Positions 18,481 to 28,523 of a DNA stretch of 48,206 nucleotides are shown here, piece after piece. Each line of letters begins with the position of its first letter. Within the stretch, counting starts at the first letter, position 1. Under the pieces are notes generated by a model. That model ran no database searches. It was given only the letters and a program-made list of their open reading frames with translations, and was not told where the DNA came from. The DNA is from Acetofilamentum sp. (GTDB lineage Bacteria > Bacteroidota > Bacteroidia > Bacteroidales > DTU049), in NCBI GenBank assembly GCA_020720525.1, contig DYON01000001.1, positions 1-48,206 on the forward strand, read 5' to 3'. Both the position numbers and the translations under genes were made by a program.

Positions 18481-18581
18481 ACCCTTTCGTTTGGGCAAAG
18501 ATAATAATTGCTTTGAATGATTTTGAACAAGCAAAACACAATAAAACCAACAAAAATTCGTAATTTTACCAGCCCGTTTGA

Positions 18582-21500
18582 ATGAACGGCATTTATATGA
18601 TGAAACAAAAATGGATATGGCTGCTTATTTGGTTGCCGGCATTTATGCTGTCGCAAAATGTCAGTGCTCAGTTCTATAGCGGCAGCCAGATGACTTTTGG
18701 AAAAAATCGAATTCAATACAACGACGAAAGAATTTGGAGTCAGTTCCGCTTCGAAGCTTTCGATTTTATCTTTTATCAGGAAGGTCGCAAAATTACAATC
18801 AATGCAGCCAAGTATGCATATACTGCATTGGAAGAGATTTCGCAAAAGCTAAACTACAAGCCCGAAAGTAAAATTCATTTTATTGTTTTTAATACACTAA
18901 GTGAAATGAAGTCGTCGAACATTGGACTCGACAACGAAGTGCTTTACAATACAGGTGGTGTTACCAATGTGGTTGACAACAAGGTTTTTCTTTATTTCGA
19001 TGGGAGCTATATCAATTTAGAAAAACAAATTCGTGCTGGTATTGCACGGGTGATAATCAACTATATGCTCTATGGCGAGCAACTTGTTTCTAATATCAAG
19101 AATTCTACTTTGATGGCTTTGCCCGATTGGTATATTAATGGATTGGTGTCGTATTTGTCGCAAGATTGGAGTACAAGCCTCGACGAACGCTTCCGTGATG
19201 GTATTCTGAATAGGAATTTCAAAAAGTTCAATCATCTCGAAGGTGCCGATGCTAACTTAGCTGGGCATGCTGTTTGGAAATATGTTGTCGATCGCTATGG
19301 TGCTTCGGTTATTCCCAATGTAATCTACATGACCAAAGTATCTCGAAATGTTGAAAGTGGATTTTTATTCGTTCTTGGGGTTTCTTTTAAAAATCTTATT
19401 TCGGAATGGTACAACTATTATTTTGCTCTCTATACCAACGATGTAGCTGGGCGAAACAATGCTCCCGAAAGCAACACGTCGGTAAAAATCAAGAAGAAGA
19501 ATTTTTATTACCAAGCCAAAGTTAGCCCCGACGAACGCTATTTGAGCTATGCATTCGATAAAGTGAATAAGAAAAAATTGTTTCTACTCGACCGCAATAG
19601 CGGAAAGAAAAAGAAGTTGTATCGTTTAGGAACCAAAATGGACGATATTGCCGATATGAGCTTCCCAGTAACTGCTTGGCATCCAACATCGGGCTTGTTT
19701 GCTTGGGTGGTTGAGAAAAAAGGACGGCGAGTTCTTTATTTATATAATCTCGAAGACAAAACACGCGAAGATATTTATATCGACAACCTCAATAAAGTGC
19801 TCGATATGGCCTATTCGCCCGATGGGTCAGTTTTGGCGATGTCGGCTGTGGTGAATGGGTATTCCGATATATTTCTTTTCTACCCCGGTAGCAAGTCGTT
19901 TACCCGTGTTACTTACGATATATACGACGATCTCACTCCGCGTTTCATCGACAACAACCTGATTGCATTTTCGTCCAATAGAATATCCGACACAATTCAG
20001 CAAGAAAAAGAAACCTATCTAATTGATTATTCCGATACGGTTGAAAAGCAAGCGTATTACGACCTTTTTGCCTACGATACCAAATCGAAAAGCCTCGCTT
20101 TGCGCCGAATAACCAAAACTCCTTATGCGTCCGAAATTTCGCCAATGCCAGCCAATGGAAATGAATTTACTTGGCTCAGCGACGAAAATGGAATACAAAA
20201 CCAAATGATTGGGCATTTCGATAGTGCTATTGCTTATGTCGATACCACTGTGCATTATCGCTATTTTACTACAATGTCGGCTGCAACCAACTTTAATACG
20301 GGTGTTCGCGAAATGGAATTCTATCGCAATTCTTCATTGGGAACAATGGTGTTCACTGTTGGAAATAAATCGCAAATAGTGGTGCTCGATAAGAATTTGT
20401 ACCAAACCGATGTGTCAGATGCTTGGGGAAAGCCAACTTCATGGGCTTCCGAGCGAAATATTACACGCAGCACTGCAGCAGAAAAAAAAGACGTTTTGCC
20501 CAAATCGAAAGACAATACAACTTACAAGCAAGGCTATGTGAAACCAAACTCCGACTCCTCGGGTGTAAATGTGTACAACTACAAATTCTCTGTAGTAACA
20601 AGTAAGCCTTCCAACACGTCTAAACCCAAATCAAATCCGCTCGTTAAAGATACTTTGCCAGCATTCAAATTTGTGCTTCCCAAGCAGCAAAACTACGATG
20701 TGGAATATGGTATCGACAAATTGGTATCACAACTCGATTTTTCCTTTCTGAACACTACATACCAGCCATACAATGGACTTGGTCCCATTTATGGCAATTC
20801 GGGCAATAATGCATTTTTTCAGTTGGGAGCATCCGATTTACTCGAAGACAAACGTATTGTTGGAGGGGTAAAGCTTGCATTGAATCTCGACAACAACGAG
20901 TATTTTTTAAGTTACGAAGATATGTCGAAGCGTCTCGATAGGCAAATGATTTTTCATCGAATGTCGTACGATGTCGTTACCGAAAACGAATATATCAAGC
21001 ACCATCTTCAAGATTTCAATTATATTTTCAGCTGGCCATTTTCGCCAGTGCTAGCACTTAAAGCAACTGCTGTTCTGAAATACGACAACCAGGTGTTTAA
21101 AAGTGTAAACGATTACAATTTAGAACACCCCGATGTGAATAGTTTTTGGGCTGGCTCGCGATTGGAATTGGTATTCGACAATGCTCGATCTCCCATGAAA
21201 AATATCTTTTTTGGTCTTCGCTACAAGATTTTTTCCGAATACTATCAAGGAATCAACAACAACAAGCTCAATCTTATAACAGCTGGTTTCGATTTTCGAC
21301 ACTACACTCGTATTCATCGTACTTTTATTTGGGCAAACCGCATTGCTTTTGGTACTTCGTTTGGTTCAACTAGATTATTGTATTTCCTTGGTGGAACCGA
21401 CAAGGTATTTTTCCCTTCGTTCAACTACAATCAGCCTGTCGATGAAAGTATGAATTTTGCATTTCAGACTTTGGCAACCAATATGCGCGGATTTCCGCAA

Positions 21501-21875
21501 AATGTAAGAAACGGAAATTCATTTGCGGTTATCAACAGCGAACTTCGTATGCCTCTGTTTCGCTACATTCTCAATAGACCCATTAAATCTGCATTTATTA
21601 ATAATTTTCAGATTGTCGGATTTGGCGACATTGGCTCGGCTTGGCTCGGACTAAACCCTTATTCCGAAGATAATGTGATGATTCCGCATACATATTATCA
21701 AAAGCCAATTTTAGTCATTGTCAAAGAACCTCGAAATCCGCTGGTCGGTGGTCTCGGAGCTGGACTTCGAACTACTTTAATGGGATATTTTGTGCGCTTA
21801 GATGTAGCGTGGGGTATTGAAGAATTGAAAGTGTCGAAACCACGATATGTATTGTCATTCAGTCTCGATTTTTAA
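18582..21875 (+). CDS. Large outer-membrane protein: unknown N-terminal domain, PD40/TolB-like beta-propeller repeats, Omp85 (Bac_surface_Ag)-type C-terminal barrel
   Basis: 1097 aa. Signal peptide ...WLLIWLPAFMLSQNVSAQ; alternative starts at 18597 or 18600. PD40-like repeats (VSPDERYLSYAF, MAYSPDGSVLAMSA...DIFLF). The C-terminus carries Omp85 hallmarks (YFLGGTDK...NMRGFPQN...INSELRMPLF...VGFGDIGSAW...GLGAGLRT) and ends in F. Confidence 0.8.
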   Translation: MNGIYMMKQKWIWLLIWLPAFMLSQNVSAQFYSGSQMTFGKNRIQYNDERIWSQFRFEAFDFIFYQEGRKITINAAKYAYTALEEISQKLNYKPESKIHFIVFNTLSEMKSSNIGLDNEVLYNTGGVTNVVDNKVFLYFDGSYINLEKQIRAGIARVIINYMLYGEQLVSNIKNSTLMALPDWYINGLVSYLSQDWSTSLDERFRDGILNRNFKKFNHLEGADANLAGHAVWKYVVDRYGASVIPNVIYMTKVSRNVESGFLFVLGVSFKNLISEWYNYYFALYTNDVAGRNNAPESNTSVKIKKKNFYYQAKVSPDERYLSYAFDKVNKKKLFLLDRNSGKKKKLYRLGTKMDDIADMSFPVTAWHPTSGLFAWVVEKKGRRVLYLYNLEDKTREDIYIDNLNKVLDMAYSPDGSVLAMSAVVNGYSDIFLFYPGSKSFTRVTYDIYDDLTPRFIDNNLIAFSSNRISDTIQQEKETYLIDYSDTVEKQAYYDLFAYDTKSKSLALRRITKTPYASEISPMPANGNEFTWLSDENGIQNQMIGHFDSAIAYVDTTVHYRYFTTMSAATNFNTGVREMEFYRNSSLGTMVFTVGNKSQIVVLDKNLYQTDVSDAWGKPTSWASERNITRSTAAEKKDVLPKSKDNTTYKQGYVKPNSDSSGVNVYNYKFSVVTSKPSNTSKPKSNPLVKDTLPAFKFVLPKQQNYDVEYGIDKLVSQLDFSFLNTTYQPYNGLGPIYGNSGNNAFFQLGASDLLEDKRIVGGVKLALNLDNNEYFLSYEDMSKRLDRQMIFHRMSYDVVTENEYIKHHLQDFNYIFSWPFSPVLALKATAVLKYDNQVFKSVNDYNLEHPDVNSFWAGSRLELVFDNARSPMKNIFFGLRYKIFSEYYQGINNNKLNLITAGFDFRHYTRIHRTFIWANRIAFGTSFGSTRLLYFLGGTDKVFFPSFNYNQPVDESMNFAFQTLATNMRGFPQNVRNGNSFAVINSELRMPLFRYILNRPIKSAFINNFQIVGFGDIGSAWLGLNPYSEDNVMIPHTYYQKPILVIVKEPRNPLVGGLGAGLRTTLMGYFVRLDVAWGIEELKVSKPRYVLSFSLDF

Positions 21876-21876
21876 T

Positions 21877-23070
21877 ATGAATCTACAACAGCAAATTAAA
21901 GCAAAGGCAAACGAAATATTTCCTGAATTAGTTGGGATTCGTCGTCATTTGCATGCCAACCCCGAATTGTCAAATCTCGAATTTGAAACAGCTCGATATA
22001 TTTCTTCAAAGCTTACTGAGTGGAATATCAATCACAAAATTAATGTAGCCGGTACAGGCATTGTTGCACTCATTCAGAGCTCAACCAATGGAAAATGTGT
22101 TGCTCTTCGTGCCGATATGGATGCTCTTCCTATTCTCGAAGAAAATAAAGTAGAATACCGAAGCCTTAATCAAGGTGTGATGCATGCTTGTGGACACGAC
22201 GCTCACATGGCATCGTTGCTCGGAACTGCATTCATCCTCAATTCGCTTATCGATAGTTTCGAAGGCTCTTTTAAATTGTTGTTTCAACCTTCCGAAGAGG
22301 TATTCCCTGGTGGTGCCATTAAAATGATTGAAGCTGGCGTGCTCGATAATCCAAGGGTGGACGCAATTGTTGGTCAGCATGTTTTGCCCCAACTCAGTGT
22401 GGGAAAAGTTGGTATGAAAAGCGGCCAATATATGGCTTCGACCGACGAGATTTTTCTCACTGTTGCTGGAAAAGGTGGCCATGGTGCTACGCCTGAGTTA
22501 AATATCGACCCTGTTGTGGTTGCTGCGCATATTCTCATTGCTCTGCAGCAAATCTCAAGTCGTTTTGCAAATCCGGCTGTCCCTACAGTTCTATCGTTCG
22601 GGAGATTCGTTGCCGATGGACGAACCAATATCATTCCCGATAAAGTTGTTTTAGAAGGTACACTTCGAACCTTCGACGAACTCTGGAGAAGAAAAGCTCA
22701 TAACCTTATACAAGATATTTCTAATGGGATTGCATCGAGCTTTGGTGCAACTTGTGAGGTTCGAATTAATCATGGCTATCCGTATGTGTATAACGACGAG
22801 AAAACTACCGACATCGCTCGCGAGGCAGCTGTAGAATTTCTTGGCTCTAAAAATGTTGAAGATTTACCTTTGCGAATGACTGCCGAAGATTTTTCGTATT
22901 TTTCGCAACAGGTTCCAGGGGTTTACTATCGGCTTGGTATTGGCAACGATGGCCCATTAACAAATTTGCATACAGCTACTTTCAGTCTCGACGAAAACGC
23001 TCTACTTACTGGTTGTTCAACTATGGCTGCTATTGCTTTGTCGTTGCTTGAAAGAATAAATGCAGAATAA
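21877..23070 (+). CDS. M20-family amidohydrolase (N-acyl-L-amino-acid amidohydrolase / hippurate hydrolase-like)
   Basis: 397 aa from ATG 21877, 1 nt after the upstream stop. Motifs RRHLHANPELS, ALRADMDALP, HACGHDAH, and the GG context in FQPSEEVFPGGA. Confidence 0.9.
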   Translation: MNLQQQIKAKANEIFPELVGIRRHLHANPELSNLEFETARYISSKLTEWNINHKINVAGTGIVALIQSSTNGKCVALRADMDALPILEENKVEYRSLNQGVMHACGHDAHMASLLGTAFILNSLIDSFEGSFKLLFQPSEEVFPGGAIKMIEAGVLDNPRVDAIVGQHVLPQLSVGKVGMKSGQYMASTDEIFLTVAGKGGHGATPELNIDPVVVAAHILIALQQISSRFANPAVPTVLSFGRFVADGRTNIIPDKVVLEGTLRTFDELWRRKAHNLIQDISNGIASSFGATCEVRINHGYPYVYNDEKTTDIAREAAVEFLGSKNVEDLPLRMTAEDFSYFSQQVPGVYYRLGIGNDGPLTNLHTATFSLDENALLTGCSTMAAIALSLLERINAE

Positions 23071-23071
23071 A

Positions 23072-23533
23072 ATGAAACACTACGTAATATTAGCAGTGCT
23101 GATTCTATTTTCGGCCTGCGGAGCGAACAATATGTCGCAGCAACATTATTATCAAGGATTCGAAAACAATGCTTGGCCAATTGGAAAAACGATTAGCTTT
23201 TCGTTCGATGTGGCAGATACAGCACAAGTTTGCAACATAACTGCAAATTTGCGTTACACAAAAGCATTTTCGTTTTCTTCTTTGAATATGAGTGTTGTGT
23301 TGCTTACTCCTTCTGGATCTTCCCGCTTTAATAAAATAAGTATTCCTGTTACAACCAATGGTGGCGATAGAAATGGAACGCAAATGAAAGACTATATCGA
23401 ATTGCCTTTCAGTGTGTATAAGTCTATTCGTTTTGCCGAAAAAGGTAAATGGGTTCTCAATTTTACTCACAATATGCCTATCGATATTTATCAAGGTCTA
23501 GTTGGAATTGAAATTTCGCTTGCACCACAATAA
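23072..23533 (+). CDS. gldH: Gliding-motility lipoprotein GldH-like
   Basis: 153 aa with lipoprotein signal MKHYVILAVLILFSAC. Size and layout (W after the lipobox, ANLRY...FSFSSLNM, late G.W...H.M....QGLVGIEISL) match my recollection of GldH. Not verified. An upstream ATG at 23060 is possible. Confidence 0.5.
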   Translation: MKHYVILAVLILFSACGANNMSQQHYYQGFENNAWPIGKTISFSFDVADTAQVCNITANLRYTKAFSFSSLNMSVVLLTPSGSSRFNKISIPVTTNGGDRNGTQMKDYIELPFSVYKSIRFAEKGKWVLNFTHNMPIDIYQGLVGIEISLAPQ

Positions 23534-23539
23534 AAAAAA

Positions 23540-23563
23540 CGCCGTACAGTTTCCTATACGGCG
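23540..23563. terminator. Bidirectional intrinsic terminator between convergent genes
   Basis: CGCCGTA-(10 nt)-TACGGCG hairpin, preceded by A8 and followed by CTTAGAAAATAAA. Lies between the stops at 23533 (+) and 23582 (-). Confidence 0.6.
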
Positions 23564-23581
23564 CTTAGAAAATAAATTGAT

Positions 23582-24898
23582 TTAGTTCACCAACAGGGTT
23601 GTGGTAGCAAATGTACCATCGGTTCCGTTGATAATAACAGAGTAAACACCGCTGTTAAACGATTTTGTGCTTACAACTGCATTTTGGTTGAATTCTGCTT
23701 CGAAAACAATACGTCCGGTAACATCAGCAATGCGAATTGTTCCTTCGGCGTTGGCCGAAATATTCACGTTGTCCGATGTTGGATTAGGATAAACACTAGC
23801 ATTGATTTCAAATTCGCCAATAGCATTATGAATAGTTATGTCGGCAACAGTGCGAGGTTGTATTTTTCTTTCGCTATAACTGTAATCCATAACTCCAGTA
23901 ATATCGTAGTTTGTTCCAATTGTTGGTGTGTAGGCATAAATAAGGTCGCCAACTGTAAGGGTGTTTAAGCCATCGCCAACTGTCCATTCCATATAGGTGT
24001 CAAGGCCCGTAATGCATTCTGCATTGCTAACTTTAACCAAAACGCCTTCATACATTTCTTCAGGAGCGTCAGGAAGATTAACACTGGTTGAGTAAACCGT
24101 GTTTCCAGAACTTACTTTAACGTAGTTGCTTATAGATTTTAATTCAGTTAGATTGTAGTATTCCTCAACTACTGCCGTAAATGTAACACTATCTCCAATA
24201 GCAGGGCTATTATTTGCATCGTAAACATAAATGCCACTCCATGAGCCTGATCCGTTTTGAATCCAATATGCTCCCGATTTGGTGGCACTTACAATTCCAC
24301 CTGTATTAATAGCATTCCCAATTTCAGGGCTGTTGCCAGTTGGGTCGGTTGTGTATTGTATATCATAAATTGATAAACTGCTAACCAATCCAATTACAAT
24401 AAATACCGAGTCAATTTGTAAGTCTTCGTTTGCTGTTTGAGTGTTTCTAAACGATAGGATAAACTCAGCTGCTGAAGATGTTGTGTCACTTATTACAGTC
24501 TGCTCTATTTTTACCCATGTTGCTGAGTTAATAGAATCATATGCAGAATAGGTAGCATATGAACCAGTTGAACCTCTGTACATTCCCGAGCGAATTGAAC
24601 CATTCCCTTTTGCATAAAAGCTCACAAGGTACGCTTCTCCTGCTGTTACACTAACTGCTGTTGTCGATAGTCTTTTATGTGATGTTGTGTTGTTTGTCAA
24701 CTTAACAGCGTAAGAGCCTTCTGGTGGAGTGCTTGTGTACTGGTTTACATTGTTAGAATCAATACTGGTTGCTACGCCAAACCAATTTGCTGGTTTGTGA
24801 GGACTATTCCATGTCTCAAATCCACTGTAAAACACTTGTCCGATGCCGGTGCCGTAAGCAAATACGGTCAATGCGGCCAATAATAGAATTTTTTTCAT
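23582..24898 (-). CDS. T9SS C-terminal sorting-domain secreted protein
   Basis: 438 aa from ATG 24898 (MKKILLLAALTVFAYGTGIGQ). The IYDIQY... OB-like module is typical of extracellular Bacteroidota proteins. Canonical type A sorting tail: VYPNPTSDNVNISA...GRIVFEAEF...GVYSVIINGTDGTFATTTLLVN. Confidence 0.85.
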   Translation of the reverse strand: MKKILLLAALTVFAYGTGIGQVFYSGFETWNSPHKPANWFGVATSIDSNNVNQYTSTPPEGSYAVKLTNNTTSHKRLSTTAVSVTAGEAYLVSFYAKGNGSIRSGMYRGSTGSYATYSAYDSINSATWVKIEQTVISDTTSSAAEFILSFRNTQTANEDLQIDSVFIVIGLVSSLSIYDIQYTTDPTGNSPEIGNAINTGGIVSATKSGAYWIQNGSGSWSGIYVYDANNSPAIGDSVTFTAVVEEYYNLTELKSISNYVKVSSGNTVYSTSVNLPDAPEEMYEGVLVKVSNAECITGLDTYMEWTVGDGLNTLTVGDLIYAYTPTIGTNYDITGVMDYSYSERKIQPRTVADITIHNAIGEFEINASVYPNPTSDNVNISANAEGTIRIADVTGRIVFEAEFNQNAVVSTKSFNSGVYSVIINGTDGTFATTTLLVN

Positions 24899-24915
24899 CT
24901 CTTTCAAATTTGTTT

Positions 24916-24923
24916 CAAAGATA
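24916..24923 (-). promoter_or_regulatory. Candidate -7 box (TATCTTTG on the minus strand) for the T9SS cargo gene
   Basis: Fits TAnnTTTG, 17 nt upstream of ATG 24898. It lies inside the longer ORF-track N-terminus, which supports the shorter start. No -33 element seen. Confidence 0.3.
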
Positions 24924-24969
24924 ATCATTATTTTTATACCCGTATTAAACGCACGTTAATTATTGATTT

Positions 24970-26064
24970 ATGACACTTCATGAAATTGTTACCCATCTCG
25001 AAAATGTTGTTCCACCTCAACTCCAGGAATCGTATGATAACTGTGGGCTGCAAATCGGAAACGTTCAATCTGAAATAGTTGGAATTCTTTATTCGCTCGA
25101 CATTACCGAAGATGTTGTTGAAAAAGCCATGTCTTCGAAATGCAACTTGATAATCAGTCATCATCCATTTATTTTTGGAGGCTTGAAAAATATCAATATT
25201 GCAACCACTAGTGGAATAATTATACAAAAGTGCATTCAACACGAAATTGCCATTTATTCTATGCACACCAATTTCGATAAATCTCCTTTTGGGGTAAATG
25301 CTGCCCTTGCTCGTGCTATTGGACTAGTCGATACGCAAATCCTTATCCCAGAAGATGGAAAATTGAAGAAACTGGTCACTTTTTGTCCAAAATTGCAAGC
25401 CGAATCAGTTCGAAAAGCTTTGTTTGCTGCTGGTGCAGGTAATATTGGAAATTACGATTCATGCTCTTTCAATTCGGAAGGCAATGGAACATTCAAGGCA
25501 GGATATGGCACCAATCCATTTGTTGGAAAGCAGGGCGAGCTGCATCATGAGCCCGAAATACGAATTGAAACAGTTTTCCCTGTTTGGCGCCAATCCAATA
25601 TTGTTGCGGCTCTTCTTGCTCATCATCCATACGAAGAGGTTGCATACGATATTTATCCTCTCGAAAACAATTGGACGCATTTTGGTCTTGGAATAGTTGG
25701 AAATCTTTCTAAACCCTTGTTGGTTGACGATTTTCTTCAAAAAATTAAAGACGATTTGAAAGTCAAATCACTTAAATATAGCCACTTTGCCGAAAACACA
25801 ATTTCGAAGGTGGCTGTTTGTGGAGGTTCAGGAGCGTCTTTTCTTTCGCAAGCAATTGCTTCAGGAGCTCAAGCCTTTATTACTGCGGATGCTAAATACC
25901 ACGACTTCCAAGCAGCATCTGGTCGTATTCTAATGCTCGATGCTGGTCATTTCGAAACTGAAATTTTTAGTTTAAGTGCATTAATGTCGCTTGTTTCGGA
26001 TTTTTTACCTAATTTTGCACCTCAAATTATTTATTCAGAGACTAACTGGGTAAATACAGTATAA
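24970..26064 (+). CDS. Nif3-like dinuclear metal-centre protein (YqfO/YbgI family)
   Basis: 364 aa. Motifs SHHPFIF, AIYSMHTNFD and DAGHFETE, with an inserted PII-like domain between the two halves. Confidence 0.9.
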   Translation: MTLHEIVTHLENVVPPQLQESYDNCGLQIGNVQSEIVGILYSLDITEDVVEKAMSSKCNLIISHHPFIFGGLKNINIATTSGIIIQKCIQHEIAIYSMHTNFDKSPFGVNAALARAIGLVDTQILIPEDGKLKKLVTFCPKLQAESVRKALFAAGAGNIGNYDSCSFNSEGNGTFKAGYGTNPFVGKQGELHHEPEIRIETVFPVWRQSNIVAALLAHHPYEEVAYDIYPLENNWTHFGLGIVGNLSKPLLVDDFLQKIKDDLKVKSLKYSHFAENTISKVAVCGGSGASFLSQAIASGAQAFITADAKYHDFQAASGRILMLDAGHFETEIFSLSALMSLVSDFLPNFAPQIIYSETNWVNTV

Positions 26065-26083
26065 TCAAAATATTACACTTGCT

Positions 26084-26962
26084 ATGGCCGTAAGCAAATC
26101 CAAAACTACCGACAAGAAAAAAGCTGCAACTTCCGAAAAAGTTGTTGAAACTCCTTCTTCTTCCGATGTGGCTGTAATGGTCGAAAAAACTGAAATCGTT
26201 AAACCCGACGAAATCGGCGAGAATACTGTGCGTCAAAAGCTTTTGGCTTTGTATTCACTTCAAGTAATCGATACCCAGGTTGATAAAATTCGTATTATTC
26301 GTGGCGAATTGCCTTTGGAGGTGCAAGACCTCGAAGACGAAATTGCTGGCCTTTCTACCCGTCTCGAAAACAATATGGCAGAAATTGCGGAGCTCGAAAA
26401 AGCTGTTGCCGAATACAATCAAGAAATTGCTCGCAGTCGCGAAATGATTAAAAAATACGAACAGCAACAAAAAAATGTTCGCAATAATCGCGAATTCGAA
26501 TCACTTTCAAAAGAAGTTGAGTTTCAGGGGCTAGAAATCCAATTGCGCGAGAAAAAATTGCGCGAAGGCTCTGTTGCAATCGATGCCAAAAATAAAATGA
26601 TTGATGAGGTGAAAGCCCAACTCGAAGCTAAAGAATCGAATCTGCGTGATAAAAATGGCGAACTCTCCGAAATTATTGCTGAAACTGAGAAAGAAGAAAA
26701 AATCTTATTGGTTAAGTCCGACAAAGCTAAAGCAATTATTGAGGAAAGATATTTAACTGCTTATACACGAATTCGCAAAAGCGTTCGAAACGGTCTGGCC
26801 GTTGTTAAAATTGAAAGAAATGCTTGTGGTGGTTGCTTTAGCAAAATTCCCCCTCAACGTCAACTCGAAATCAGAATGCATAAAAAAATTCTTGTTTGTG
26901 AATATTGTGGTAGAATCATTGTTGATGAAACTATTGCAGACACGGTTGAAACTTCTAACTAG
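26084..26962 (+). CDS. Coiled-coil zinc-ribbon protein (COG1579-type), conserved partner of Nif3
   Basis: 292 aa. Long coiled coil, then a C4 ribbon: CGGCFSKIPPQ...VCEYCGRII. Sits directly downstream of Nif3, as in many bacteria. Confidence 0.85.
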   Translation: MAVSKSKTTDKKKAATSEKVVETPSSSDVAVMVEKTEIVKPDEIGENTVRQKLLALYSLQVIDTQVDKIRIIRGELPLEVQDLEDEIAGLSTRLENNMAEIAELEKAVAEYNQEIARSREMIKKYEQQQKNVRNNREFESLSKEVEFQGLEIQLREKKLREGSVAIDAKNKMIDEVKAQLEAKESNLRDKNGELSEIIAETEKEEKILLVKSDKAKAIIEERYLTAYTRIRKSVRNGLAVVKIERNACGGCFSKIPPQRQLEIRMHKKILVCEYCGRIIVDETIADTVETSN

Positions 26963-26967
26963 AGTTT

Positions 26968-27013
26968 GAATTAAATTAAAAAGGGGCTTTAAAGCCCCTT
27001 TTTAATTTAATTC
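26968..27013. terminator. Bidirectional intrinsic terminator within a perfect 46-bp palindrome
   Basis: GAATTAAATTAAAAAGGGGCTTT|AAAGCCCCTTTTTAATTTAATTC has perfect 23-nt arms. The core is AAAAAGGGGC-TTTAAA-GCCCCTTTTT. Lies between convergent stops at 26962 and 27019. Confidence 0.7.
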
Positions 27014-27018
27014 AATTG

Positions 27019-28485
27019 TTAATCGCCAAACTTAACTCCCATTGTAATGATGAAGCTTCCGCGTGTGATGTCCGATTTTACCGGATTTAATGTCATGCCT
27101 AGTTCCCCGATTACTGATGGATCATACAAATAGTAATCTTCGCTTCGCATTGTGTGGACATAGGTAAGATCGATATAGTAATTGTTTTCACGAATTCCAA
27201 ATCCACCCGAGATATTTTGGGTTGACATGTCGTTGAGACTGTTAGCATAAGGCGAACCATAATATGAATATCCTGCACGAATTGCAAAAGGAGCAAGAAT
27301 CCATTCTGTTCCTACTTTAAAATTGTTGGCAACGGTATAGTTGGTCGAAATTGCTTCGTTGGCGTCGAAAAAGTCGTAAAGTGGATCTGTTGTGCGCAGT
27401 TTGGCTTGGCTGTAGTCAACCATTTCGTATTCGGCACTTATAACTCCTTTTTTGCCAATTACAAAAGCTAATCCACCCATCATGCGCATTGGTGTTGAAA
27501 GTCGATAATCGTAAACCCCTTGTGGTGAACGACTTTCGTATGTGTTTGTTTCAATATCTGAGCGCATTACACGGCTGTATGTATCGTGCATGTCGTAGAA
27601 TGTAGGTGTGTGAATTGCGGCTGAAATTCTTACCCAATCCGCAATTCGATAAATCATCCCCAACTTGAAATTAAATCCAGCTCCTGTAGTATTAATTTCA
27701 TCGTTTACTGCCAACGACGAAAAGCCAGATAGACTATCTCCATTGTCGGTTTCTTTATAATATGCATCTTCGTTGTAGCGAAGAAATGGGAAACCTAATG
27801 TAGCTCCAAGATAGAATTTGTCGTTATAATTGCCACCAAGCGAAAGAACCATTTCGCTTATTCCACCCGACGTTGTGATGCTTTTTTGTTGCATAACCCC
27901 ACCATCTATGGCTGTTGTATAAGATGCAGGCCCGCCCAATGTGTCGAGTAGCCAAGTGTTCCATGCCAGTTCAGTGTCGAATGAATTCAGATTGTCGTAG
28001 TTGTGACCTTCGGCATAATATTGATATACGTCGAGAATTGAGTTGCTTGTGTTGTCGCCACGCATGAAATAACTGTTGTTGAAATCGGCAATACGGTTTA
28101 CACCAAATCCAAATTGCACAGCTTTCCATTCGGGCTTTCCAGAACTCGACGAAAGGTCGCCTGTAAACACCATTCCCATGTTTGGGATAGTAAAGGCGGC
28201 TTTGGAATCTTCGCCTGTACTGCCATTGTAGGTTGAAGTGGATCCAGTAAATGAAATTCCAGGAGAGAACATTACTTCAGAGGTTCTATACATCCCAATT
28301 CCTGCAGGGTTTGTGCTTAAGACCGAGAAGTCTGCTCCAAGAGCCGAGAACGATCCTCCCATTGCCGAAAAGCGTGCTGTTCCACTGTTCATTAGAAATG
28401 AGTATCTGAGCGCATCTGTTTCGTTTTGTCCGAGGGCTGCAATGCTCAAAAGCATACCCAGCGAAATGATTATTATCTTTTTCAT
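27019..28485 (-). CDS. Outer-membrane beta-barrel protein, FadL/PorV-like
   Basis: 488 aa with signal peptide MKKIIIISLGMLLSIAALGQ. N-terminal motif GTARFSAMGGSFSALGADFSVLSTNPAGIG is typical of FadL/OMPP1/PorV-type barrels. Alternating aromatic beta-strand pattern throughout. Family assignment is from memory only. Confidence 0.75.
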   Translation of the reverse strand: MKKIIIISLGMLLSIAALGQNETDALRYSFLMNSGTARFSAMGGSFSALGADFSVLSTNPAGIGMYRTSEVMFSPGISFTGSTSTYNGSTGEDSKAAFTIPNMGMVFTGDLSSSSGKPEWKAVQFGFGVNRIADFNNSYFMRGDNTSNSILDVYQYYAEGHNYDNLNSFDTELAWNTWLLDTLGGPASYTTAIDGGVMQQKSITTSGGISEMVLSLGGNYNDKFYLGATLGFPFLRYNEDAYYKETDNGDSLSGFSSLAVNDEINTTGAGFNFKLGMIYRIADWVRISAAIHTPTFYDMHDTYSRVMRSDIETNTYESRSPQGVYDYRLSTPMRMMGGLAFVIGKKGVISAEYEMVDYSQAKLRTTDPLYDFFDANEAISTNYTVANNFKVGTEWILAPFAIRAGYSYYGSPYANSLNDMSTQNISGGFGIRENNYYIDLTYVHTMRSEDYYLYDPSVIGELGMTLNPVKSDITRGSFIITMGVKFGD

Positions 28486-28523
28486 AATATCATCGATTTT
28501 TTCGTGATTGTAAAGTGAAATAA

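Noticed and set aside
21847-21876. Upstream extension of the M20 amidohydrolase ORF that overlaps the end of the 1097-aa gene
   Set aside because: ATG 21877 lies 1 nt after the upstream stop and starts the conserved N-terminus (MNLQQQIKAKANEIFPEL...). The extension adds only MYCHSVSIFN.
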